42,797 nucleotides of DNA, from the IMG/VR virus record IMGVR_UViG_3300045988_033265, positions 1 to 42,797 of that record, one strand, 5' to 3'. A program made the translations under genes and the position numbers. The stretch comes from a virus. Positions 22,886-30,908 of this stretch are shown piece after piece. The notes beneath the pieces are model-generated. The model ran no database searches and was not told the DNA's origin. It saw only the letters and a program-made list of their open reading frames with translations. Numbering within the stretch: position 1 is the first letter of the stretch; every line of letters begins with the position of its first letter.

Positions 22886-22927
22886 TGGGATTTGGAGAAA
22901 ATAATGGGACTTTTGGGGTTGTGAAAG

Positions 22928-24103
22928 ATGAGCAGGTATCCGTTTCCCCCGGAATTACTTGACGCGCTTCCGGAAGAGCTTGCAGAATTGTTCCGTGCGC
23001 TTGAAATCACGCTGCTGGAAGAAATCTGCTCTCGGTTGAAAGCTGCGGATGAGCTGAACGAGGTAACGGTGCAAGACATTCGCACATTACGCTCCCACGG
23101 CATTGACCTAAAAGAGATCGAAAAGGCAATCCGCAAGACAACCGGCATCAGCGAAACAAAGTTAAACAAGTTGCTTGTCGATGTGGTTGAGCGCAATCAG
23201 AAGTATTACATCGACTTGATTGACCTCACGCATATCACGCAGCCGGAAACGCTGGTGAGCATCGAGGACACATGGGCGATATACGAGCAGACGAAGCAGA
23301 CCATGCGTAACCTTACGCGCTCTATGGGGTTTCTGGTGGACGCTGGGCGCACAATGCTGCCCCCTGCCAAAGCGTACCAATGGGCGCTGGATAACGCTAC
23401 AATGCAAATCCAGAGCGGCGCTATCAACTATAATCAGGTTATCAAATCGGCGGTAAAGCAGCTCGCCGACAGCGGATTGAAGGTCGTTGACTACGAAAGC
23501 GGCCACCGTGACCAGATCGATGTAGCCGTGCGCCGCGCGGTTATGACCGGAGTAAATCAAATCTGCGCAAAGTATACAGAGCAGTCGGCAGAATATCTTG
23601 AGACCCCATATTTTGAGGTTTCCGCACATTCTGGCGCTCGCGATAAGCCGGGGCCGTCTCCGTGGTCATCGCATAAAGATTGGCAAGGCAAAGTATACAG
23701 CATCCGTGCGGGTGATATTTACCCGAACATTTACGATGCGTGCGGGCTTGGCGCTGTCGATGGTTTGGAAGGAGCCAACTGTCGGCACAGGCGGTTTCCG
23801 TGGGTCGAGGGCGTGTCAGAACGCACATATACAGATGAGCAGCTTGAGCATATTGATGATGATCTCGGCTGCGAGTTTGACGGCAAGAAATACACCGCAT
23901 ACGAAGCAACGCAGATGCAGCGGCGCGTTGAGCGCCAGATTATCAAGCAGGACAGGCTTGTAACAGCGTATAAGGCAAGCGAGCAAAAGGACGAATATTA
24001 TGCCGCAAACGCGAAACTTGTAAGACTGATCGCCAAATATAAGGCTTTTAGTGAAGCGGCGGGGTTGCCGCTGCAATGGGAAAGGACAAAGGTGCTGTAT
24101 TGA
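22928..24103 (+). CDS. Minor head / head-morphogenesis protein (MuF, SPP1 gp7-like)
   Basis: Follows the portal gene. ...GANCRHRRFPW region is typical of MuF. Confidence 0.8.
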   Translation: MSRYPFPPELLDALPEELAELFRALEITLLEEICSRLKAADELNEVTVQDIRTLRSHGIDLKEIEKAIRKTTGISETKLNKLLVDVVERNQKYYIDLIDLTHITQPETLVSIEDTWAIYEQTKQTMRNLTRSMGFLVDAGRTMLPPAKAYQWALDNATMQIQSGAINYNQVIKSAVKQLADSGLKVVDYESGHRDQIDVAVRRAVMTGVNQICAKYTEQSAEYLETPYFEVSAHSGARDKPGPSPWSSHKDWQGKVYSIRAGDIYPNIYDACGLGAVDGLEGANCRHRRFPWVEGVSERTYTDEQLEHIDDDLGCEFDGKKYTAYEATQMQRRVERQIIKQDRLVTAYKASEQKDEYYAANAKLVRLIAKYKAFSEAAGLPLQWERTKVLY

Positions 24104-24237
24104 ACTGGGAAAAAGTCAAAAAGGCAATCGATGCAATTTTGAAGCGCGGTAACGATGTGGAAATTCGCCGCAAAGGAGACGGGTACATCGTTTTAGAGGT
24201 CAAAAAAACAATAAAATACAACACTTCCGCGCAATAG
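24100..24237 (+). CDS. Possible 45-aa protein
   Basis: TTGA overlap with the MuF stop. Translation starts NWEKVKKAIDAILKRGNDVEIRRKGDGYIV... Confidence 0.35.
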   Translation: MNWEKVKKAIDAILKRGNDVEIRRKGDGYIVLEVKKTIKYNTSAQ

Positions 24238-24257
24238 GGCGCGGGAAAGGGCAATAG

Positions 24258-24305
24258 GAGCCGAACAGTACGCAGATTTTGCGCGTTGTTCGGCTCTTTT
24301 GTTTT
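24258..24305 (+). terminator. Strong rho-independent terminator inside the head module
   Basis: GAGCCGAACA (24258-24267) pairs with TGTTCGGCTC (24287-24296). An inner ACGC/GCGT pairing is present. Followed by TTTTGTTTT. Confidence 0.7.
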
Positions 24306-24318
24306 AGGAGGGCTAAAT

Positions 24319-25155
24319 ATGGCAGATGAAAATGGAGTTTGGCGCACAATCAGTGGGCGGCGCGTTTTCATTCGAGACGGACAGAGCCTAACGGACGCGA
24401 TGCGGGAAAGCGGGAAGTTTGGAGCTAAAAGCAAAATAAAAAAAGAGGAACACGTAGAAGTTGAATACGGAGTTAAGCATCGAGTTTGGGGGAAAGCGTC
24501 TGGCACAAGTTATGAGCTTTTAGAAGGGGACAAATATTCATTGACCGGCGAAAAGCAGGGGCAAGAAATTGATATTCCCAAAAACGAAAGCGGAGAGCTT
24601 GAAGTTTATAAAGCTCCAAGAGTATCCGGTTTTGTTAGCGGCAAGTATGTTGGCGATGAAAATGTAAATGCAATTTTATCGGACGGGCGAATCGTCCTTA
24701 ACGATCACGACTTTAACAATGATTCATTTTACAAGGTGAGAGGAATGATCGAAGCGGAAACTCTACGATTGGCCGGATACCAAAAAGAGGGAATGTTTTA
24801 CAGAGGAACCGATAACCCGAAAGAAATTGAATATCTAAAAGCTGGAACAATGAGAGCTTCCACAAATCACATGACAGGCGAAAAAGAAGATGGCGTATCG
24901 GTTTGGGAAAATCCAAAGTATTCATTCAAATATCAATATCAAGTAACGGGCGAAATTTCTGGCGTCGGGAGTGATGGTGAGCCACTGCTCAATCCTAAAA
25001 GCATCAAACTTGTTAGCTCAAAGTCCTATTCAGTCAAAGATTACAACAAGGCAATGGAAAAAGGGAAACCTCTTTTTTGTAAAGCATACGGGTGGACTGA
25101 ATCGCAATATGACGCAGCCAAGGAAGGCAAAATTAAAAACAAAAAAAGGCTGTAA
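24319..25155 (+). CDS. Hypothetical protein (AT-richer moron between MuF and scaffold)
   Basis: SD AGGAGGG. N-terminus ADENGVWRTISGRRVFIRDGQSL. 278 aa. Confidence 0.65.
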   Translation: MADENGVWRTISGRRVFIRDGQSLTDAMRESGKFGAKSKIKKEEHVEVEYGVKHRVWGKASGTSYELLEGDKYSLTGEKQGQEIDIPKNESGELEVYKAPRVSGFVSGKYVGDENVNAILSDGRIVLNDHDFNNDSFYKVRGMIEAETLRLAGYQKEGMFYRGTDNPKEIEYLKAGTMRASTNHMTGEKEDGVSVWENPKYSFKYQYQVTGEISGVGSDGEPLLNPKSIKLVSSKSYSVKDYNKAMEKGKPLFCKAYGWTESQYDAAKEGKIKNKKRL

Positions 25156-25216
25156 TAAACATTATTTTGTAATACGCAGCGGGGAATAACGCTGTGGAAA
25201 TAAAAGGAGAGCAAAA

Positions 25217-25714
25217 ATGGCAGACGAAATTATGACTTTTGATGAAATACTGGCTGACCCCACTTACAAGGCGGAGTTTGACAGGCGAATCACAAGGGCA
25301 CTTTCGACTGTTCAGAGCAAACTGGACGCGGAAGTGGAGAAGAACAAGCAGTTTGCGGCAAGTGGGAACGCGGAAACGGAAGCGCTCAAAAAGGAAATCG
25401 AGGGCTACAAGTCCAAGATCGCCGATTATGACTACGCAGATGTGATCCGTAAGACGCTTGCTGAAAAGGGCGTGAAATTCAGCTCTAAAGCTGCTGAAAA
25501 GGCGTATTTAGCAGACCTGAAAGCAAAGCACCTTGAAATCAAGGACGGTGCGCTTGATGGGTTTGACGAATGGCACAAGGCGCAAGTCAGCGCCGATCCG
25601 TCCGCGTTCCAAGACGGCGTAAAAATCGACTGGTCTGCCGCTGTTGGCGGCGGCGAAAAGAAAACAGATACCAATGCCGCGATGAACAATCTGATTCGTG
25701 GCGCACTCAAGTAA
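25217..25714 (+). CDS. Scaffolding protein
   Basis: Coiled-coil and charged. Immediately upstream of the capsid gene. Confidence 0.75.
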   Translation: MADEIMTFDEILADPTYKAEFDRRITRALSTVQSKLDAEVEKNKQFAASGNAETEALKKEIEGYKSKIADYDYADVIRKTLAEKGVKFSSKAAEKAYLADLKAKHLEIKDGALDGFDEWHKAQVSADPSAFQDGVKIDWSAAVGGGEKKTDTNAAMNNLIRGALK

Positions 25715-25732
25715 CGAAAAGGAGATTACAAC

Positions 25733-26944
25733 ATGGCAAGTATTGATCGTTCCGCACTTTCCGGCCTTATTCCGGAACCCGTAACCCGCGAGATCATGCA
25801 GGGAGCTATCGCGGAATCCGCTGTCCTGCGCATGGGCCGTCGTCTGGCGAATATGTCCAGCAAGACGCAGACCATCAACGTGCTTGACGCGCTCCCCTCT
25901 GCGTATTTTGTCAATGGCGAAGCCACTGACGGCGGCGCAGGTGAGGCATTCAAGCAGACCACCAAGATGGCGTGGGACAAGAAGAAACTGTACGCCGAGG
26001 AGATCGCAGTCATTGTCCCCATTCCCGAGGCGGCACTCGACGATGCGGACTATGACATTTGGGGCGAAGTTAAGCCGCGCCTGACCGAGGCTTTCGGCAA
26101 GGTCATCGACGCCGCTATCCTGTTCGGCACCAACAAGCCCAGCACTTGGCGCACCGGCGTTGTTCCCGCTGCCATCGCTGCCGGTAACGGCGTGCCTATC
26201 AGTTCTGACATCTACGCCGATGTGATGGGCGATGGCGGTCTAATCTCTAAGGTCGAGTTGGACGGCTTCAACCCCAATGGCGTTATGTCCGCTATCCAGA
26301 TGCGCGGTAAGCTGCGCGGTCTCCGCGACACTTCCGGCCAGCCTATTTTCAAGACCGATATGCAGGGCGCTACCCGCTACGGTCTGGACGGCATGGATAT
26401 GTACTTCCCCATGAACGGTGCGTTTGACCCCGCCCAGGCTCAGATGATCGTCGGCGATTGGAGCCAGCTTGTCTATGCCATTCGTCAGGACATGACCTTC
26501 AAGATCTTCACCGAGGGCGTTATTCAGGATCCCACCACGAAGGCTATCACCTACAACCTCATGCAGAACGATATGGTGGCGCTGCGCGCAGTCATGCGTC
26601 TCGGCTGGGAGATCGCGAACCCCATCAACGCCTACAACGCGGAAAAGGCAAATCCGTTCCCGTTCTCTGTTTACGGCAAGGGCGGCGACATCTCTACTGT
26701 TACCGTCTCGCCCGCTACCGCGACGATGGCAAAGGGCGACAGCAAGTCGTTTACTGCTGCTGTTACCGGCGAGGGCATTATCAACGGCGAGGTCGAGTGG
26801 AGCCAGAATGGCACGAAGTCCAAGATCAGCGAAGACGGCTTGCTGACTATCGACTCCGCTGAGACTAAGACCAGTATCACCGTTACGGCCAAGTCCAAGC
26901 AGGACAGCACGAAGACCGGCACTGCCACTGTTACCGTTTCTTAA
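25733..26944 (+). CDS. Major capsid protein with a C-terminal Big_2 (Ig-like) domain
   Basis: Position and size fit. C-terminus TVTVSPATATMAKGDSKSFTAAVTGEG...VEWSQNG...TVTAKS matches the Big_2 pattern. Confidence 0.85.
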   Translation: MASIDRSALSGLIPEPVTREIMQGAIAESAVLRMGRRLANMSSKTQTINVLDALPSAYFVNGEATDGGAGEAFKQTTKMAWDKKKLYAEEIAVIVPIPEAALDDADYDIWGEVKPRLTEAFGKVIDAAILFGTNKPSTWRTGVVPAAIAAGNGVPISSDIYADVMGDGGLISKVELDGFNPNGVMSAIQMRGKLRGLRDTSGQPIFKTDMQGATRYGLDGMDMYFPMNGAFDPAQAQMIVGDWSQLVYAIRQDMTFKIFTEGVIQDPTTKAITYNLMQNDMVALRAVMRLGWEIANPINAYNAEKANPFPFSVYGKGGDISTVTVSPATATMAKGDSKSFTAAVTGEGIINGEVEWSQNGTKSKISEDGLLTIDSAETKTSITVTAKSKQDSTKTGTATVTVS

Positions 26945-26964
26945 TCTGAAAGGAGCTGACCCGT

Positions 26965-27402
26965 ATGACATACGCTGATTATACATACTACACCGGTACC
27001 TATATGGGCGCCGTGAGCGAAAACGACTTTCCGCGTCTTGTTGTCCGTGCCAGCTCCTTCCTCGACTACTACACGCGCAACATGGCAAAAGACCATGCCG
27101 ATCTGGACGCAGTGAAGATGTGCTGCTGCGCGTTGGTGGATAAGTACGCGGTTATCGAAGCCGCACAAGCACTGGCAATGAAAAATCTTGCCAATGCCGC
27201 GGCAAATGATGCGGAAGTAAAAAGCGAAACGGTAGGCAGTCACTCCAGAACGTTTGCAACAGGTGGGGAATCTGCTTTGTCTGCCCTCAATGCGACGGAC
27301 GGGGCAAAGAAACTGCTGGCAGAAACGTGCATGGAATACCTTGCACATACCGGGTTGCTGTATCGCGGAGGTGGTTGTAGATGTACGCTCCCCACACTGT
27401 AA
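26965..27402 (+). CDS. Head-tail connector (gp6-like) protein
   Basis: Called from synteny and the N-terminus MTYADYTYYTGTYMG..SENDF. Confidence 0.6.
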   Translation: MTYADYTYYTGTYMGAVSENDFPRLVVRASSFLDYYTRNMAKDHADLDAVKMCCCALVDKYAVIEAAQALAMKNLANAAANDAEVKSETVGSHSRTFATGGESALSALNATDGAKKLLAETCMEYLAHTGLLYRGGGCRCTLPTL

Positions 27403-27830
27403 CGATTTACAACGTCGTGCAGGAGATCGACCCGACAACTCTTGATGAGGTTGAAAAGGTATACACCACGATCTTACGCGGTGTGATGCTCCAAGCGTCT
27501 AAAGGCGTGAACGTGCGCGAAAGCGGCCTTGAAGGTGCTGACGCTGTAAATCTGTATATCCCGTTCTCCGTGGAAGCGGTGGACGGGGTAACGGGTAAGC
27601 CGAAATCCTACATCGGCCCGCAATCGTTTTTCAAATCGGCGGACAAGTCTAACCTATGGACGCTCTCATACAAGGGTAACGGCGGCATGACGTGCTTTGT
27701 AAAGGGCGAGTTTGTGTCGGACAACATGACCGTCGTGTTGAGCCATGACGATTGTTACAACGTGACCAAGGTTGACGCTATGGACTACGGTAGCCCCGAT
27801 ATGCAGCACTGGGAAGTCGGAGGTGCGTAA
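27381..27830 (+). CDS. Head-tail joining protein
   Basis: Called from synteny. SD GGAGGTGG. Confidence 0.55.
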   Translation: MYAPHTVTIYNVVQEIDPTTLDEVEKVYTTILRGVMLQASKGVNVRESGLEGADAVNLYIPFSVEAVDGVTGKPKSYIGPQSFFKSADKSNLWTLSYKGNGGMTCFVKGEFVSDNMTVVLSHDDCYNVTKVDAMDYGSPDMQHWEVGGA

Positions 27831-28249
27831 TGGGCATCAAGATTTCCGTGCATACCGACGGCTTTGACGCTGTGAAGGAAGCCATTGCCAAAGCCTGCAC
27901 ACGCGCTGAGCACGTTTTAGCCGAGCAGATGGAAAAGGATACCCAGCCATTTGTACCGGCGCTCACAGGCTCGCTAACGCAGCGCACAAGAGTAGACGGA
28001 AGCGCCGTTATTTACCCCGGCCCGTATGCCCGTTTCCTGTATTACGGCAAAGTGATGGTCGATCCAAACACCGGTAGCACATACGCGCCAAAAGGCGGCA
28101 CGAAGGTCGTAACAGACCGAAATCTGGTTTTCAACAAGACAATGCACCCACAAGCTCAAGCGCATTGGGGTGAAGCATCTAAGGCGCAAAACCTTGATAA
28201 ATGGGTGCGCGTAGCAGAAAAGGCGGTGAAGAAATTTGGAACAGGTTAA
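27830..28249 (+). CDS. Minor capsid / tail-completion protein
   Basis: YARFLYYGKVMVD motif. TAATG overlap with the previous gene. Confidence 0.6.
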   Translation: MGIKISVHTDGFDAVKEAIAKACTRAEHVLAEQMEKDTQPFVPALTGSLTQRTRVDGSAVIYPGPYARFLYYGKVMVDPNTGSTYAPKGGTKVVTDRNLVFNKTMHPQAQAHWGEASKAQNLDKWVRVAEKAVKKFGTG

Positions 28250-28691
28250 AAAAACGGTTTCGGCGGCAGAAGAAGATCAGGTCTCCCGCAAGCTGCTTGC
28301 GTGGCTGAACACTTACCCCGATAAGCCAGTTGATTTGATTCGATTCGAATTCCTTCCCGCTGATACTGCGGCGATGGCGCTGTCTACGATTCAGGCGGCG
28401 TATATCGTCAAGAAATACATTCTCGGCGGGTATCAGGCGGAATACCAATTCAAGGTCATTTACCGCATGAAACCGGGGAATAGCAACGACAAACGGCTCA
28501 AAGCAGACGAAATGCTCAACGCTCTTGGCGATTGGGCAGCAAGCGAAGAACCGCCCAACATTGGCGACGGCCGCCGCGTCATTCGCATCGAGCCGACAAC
28601 GCGATCCTCGCTTTTCGCCGTTTATGAAAACGGTGACGAGGATCACCAAATCCTTATGAAAATGAACTACGAGGTGATTAAAAATGGCTGA
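28236..28691 (+). CDS. Tail terminator-like protein
   Basis: Called from synteny. TTG start. Confidence 0.5.
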   Translation: MEQVKKTVSAAEEDQVSRKLLAWLNTYPDKPVDLIRFEFLPADTAAMALSTIQAAYIVKKYILGGYQAEYQFKVIYRMKPGNSNDKRLKADEMLNALGDWAASEEPPNIGDGRRVIRIEPTTRSSLFAVYENGDEDHQILMKMNYEVIKNG

Positions 28692-29205
28692 TACGACTTT
28701 TAACACCACGGCGGGACAGACCGTAGACCGCGAACTTCTGATCGCGTATCTCAACACGGGCGAAACCGGAACTCCCACGTGGTCCCCCCTCGGTACGCGC
28801 GTTACGGATTCCAGCATGGAATATGACTGGCAGGAGGATTCCTCGAAGGATATTCTTGGCACGACGCGCACGACCATGAAGAAACCCATTATCACGCAGA
28901 CCTTTGACCCGTCCAATCTCGATGCTGGCGATCCTGCCATCGTCAAGGTGTGGAATCTCGCGGTCAAGGAGCAGAACGCGGCGGCGCTGGCAAATCAGGA
29001 CGTGCTGATCGTCCACGCTTATGCAGGCACGGCGAATACGGCAGTATTTGCGGAGCGCTATTCGTCCTGCATGGTCAAGCCCTCTTCCCTCGGCGGCGAG
29101 GGTGGCGGCTTTATCGGTATGCCAATCGACGTGACGCTTGGCGGCACGCGCAAGACGGGCACTGCGGCCATTTCCGGCGGCACTGTCACGTTTACAGAGG
29201 ACTAA
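28684..29205 (+). CDS. Major tail protein
   Basis: Position before the chaperones and tape measure. 173 aa. Confidence 0.75.
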   Translation: MADTTFNTTAGQTVDRELLIAYLNTGETGTPTWSPLGTRVTDSSMEYDWQEDSSKDILGTTRTTMKKPIITQTFDPSNLDAGDPAIVKVWNLAVKEQNAAALANQDVLIVHAYAGTANTAVFAERYSSCMVKPSSLGGEGGGFIGMPIDVTLGGTRKTGTAAISGGTVTFTED

Positions 29206-29250
29206 ATCAAAGAGGGCTGGCATTTGTCAGCCCTCATTTCGGAGGTAAGT

Positions 29251-29676
29251 ATGGAACTCAGCTTTGATTCCGGCGTAAAGGAATACACTATTCGAGGTGT
29301 AAACGGTGTTGTGACCGTGTATTTCAACCCTGCGGACGTAAATTTCGCAAAGAAAGCGTACCGCGTATTTAATGATCTGCGCAAGAAGCAGGAGGAAAGA
29401 GTGGCAAAGCTCGATGTAACCGAGCCGGGCGACGAGCTCTTTGACATGGTGGATTCCATCGACAGGGAGATGCGCGACATCATCAACGATCTGTTCGGGC
29501 AGGATATTGCCGACACGTTGTTTGGCAGCATCAACGCCTATTCCGCTGCCAATGGCGCACCTGTGTGGCAGAACTTTATGATGGCAATCATCAACCAGTT
29601 TGAAGACGCAACGAAGCGCGAACAGGCGCTTGCTGATGAGAAAATCCGCAAGTACACCCAGAAGTACAAAAAATGA
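29251..29676 (+). CDS. Tail assembly chaperone (gpG-like)
   Basis: SD GGAGGTAAG. Called from synteny. Confidence 0.65.
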   Translation: MELSFDSGVKEYTIRGVNGVVTVYFNPADVNFAKKAYRVFNDLRKKQEERVAKLDVTEPGDELFDMVDSIDREMRDIINDLFGQDIADTLFGSINAYSAANGAPVWQNFMMAIINQFEDATKREQALADEKIRKYTQKYKK

Positions 29677-30242
29677 TGTACGAACTCCCGACGTCGCTGA
29701 ACATCTGCGGCGTTGAATATGCTATCCGCTCAGACTATCGCGCAGCACTGGACGTGCTTTCGGTGTTTGCTGCGGTCGAGCTGGACAACGGTCAAAAGGT
29801 TCTGGCCGCACTGGATATTTTCTATCCTGATTTTTTACAAATGCCGGACGAGCATATTCCAGATGCTGTAAAGCAAATGACGTGGTTTCTCGACTGCGGC
29901 GACGACGGCGACAACAGGAAGCGCCCAAAGCTGATGGATTGGGAACAAGACTTCCAATACATTGTGGCTCCTATCAACCGCGTTGTGGGACAGGAAGTGC
30001 GCGCAATGCCTTATTTTCACTGGTGGTCATTTGTATCTGCGTACTACGAAATCGGAGATTGCCTGTTTGCAAACATCGTGCGGATTCGCAGTTTGAAAGC
30101 AAAGGGGAAAACGCTTGACAAATCGGATCGAGAATTTTACCGCGAAAACAGACGGCTCGTTGATCTGAAAAAGCCGATGACGGAAGAAGAAAACGACACG
30201 ATCAATGCGTGGTTGGGCAAAAAAACGCCCGACGCAAAATAG
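29673..30242 (+). CDS. Gp15-like tail assembly protein (gpT-like position)
   Basis: ICGVEYAIRSDYRAALDVL... N-terminus. Lies in the -1 frame relative to the upstream gene. Confidence 0.65.
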   Translation: MMYELPTSLNICGVEYAIRSDYRAALDVLSVFAAVELDNGQKVLAALDIFYPDFLQMPDEHIPDAVKQMTWFLDCGDDGDNRKRPKLMDWEQDFQYIVAPINRVVGQEVRAMPYFHWWSFVSAYYEIGDCLFANIVRIRSLKAKGKTLDKSDREFYRENRRLVDLKKPMTEEENDTINAWLGKKTPDAK

Positions 30243-30258
30243 CATCGGGCGAGGTGGG

Positions 30259-30836
30259 TTACTTGTCTGCAATGAATGTAATTTCGTTTCCAGACCAAAA
30301 GTCGGGAGTGAAGCGAATTTCAATTTCTTTCCAGTCTTTGGGGACTTCGTATCCGACAACGCCGGTCATTTTCTTACCGGCAGCAATAGCTCCGTCTAAC
30401 TGAGTTTTATCGGTTGCGATGGTGGCTGAAATGCTCAGATTTGTCGAGTAGTCATCAACATAGGCGTTGAACGATGCGATAGAACTAACGGCAATATCTT
30501 TATCCGACTGGTTATCAATGGAGAATTCGCAAAGCAGAAACACATTACCATCATCAGGCGTGTTGAACTGCGATCCATTGCTTTCGGTGCAGGAATCAAA
30601 CTTTACACTGATCCCATTTAACTCGGCGGTTTCTCCAACGCCAAACGTTTGGCTCTCTGAGCCAGAATCATCGCCCGTGCCGTTTAATGCGGCGGCGATC
30701 AGGCAAATGCCGAAAATAGCAATGATGATCCCCAACACTGGGTGGCGCTTTTTCTGCTTTGCTCCGCATTGAGGGCACGTTGATGCGGATTTCGCAATAG
30801 ACGCGCCGCACACTTTACAAGTAGTCATCTTATCCA
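30259..30836 (-). CDS. Zinc-ribbon + TM + DUF4352-like extracellular-domain protein (reverse-strand moron)
   Basis: SD AGGAGG lies 7 nt before ATG 30836. CKVCG...CPQCG, then a TM segment, then a beta-rich domain with LCEFSIDN...DIAV. Confidence 0.7.
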
Positions 30837-30908
30837 TATTCATTCCTCCTATAGCCACGTTTTGTGGATATATTGATGATACCATGCGAAAAAACAAATA
30901 GCAAGTAG

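Noticed and set aside
24319-25155. ADP-ribosyltransferase R-S-E motif in the head-module moron (FYRG ... STN ... EKE)
   Set aside because: The three elements fall within about 35 residues, far closer together than in known ARTs. The assignment is not supportable from sequence alone.
26240-28967. - strand ORFs 26240..27088 and 28179..28967 inside the head/tail genes
   Set aside because: They are antisense to well-supported structural genes and have no start context.
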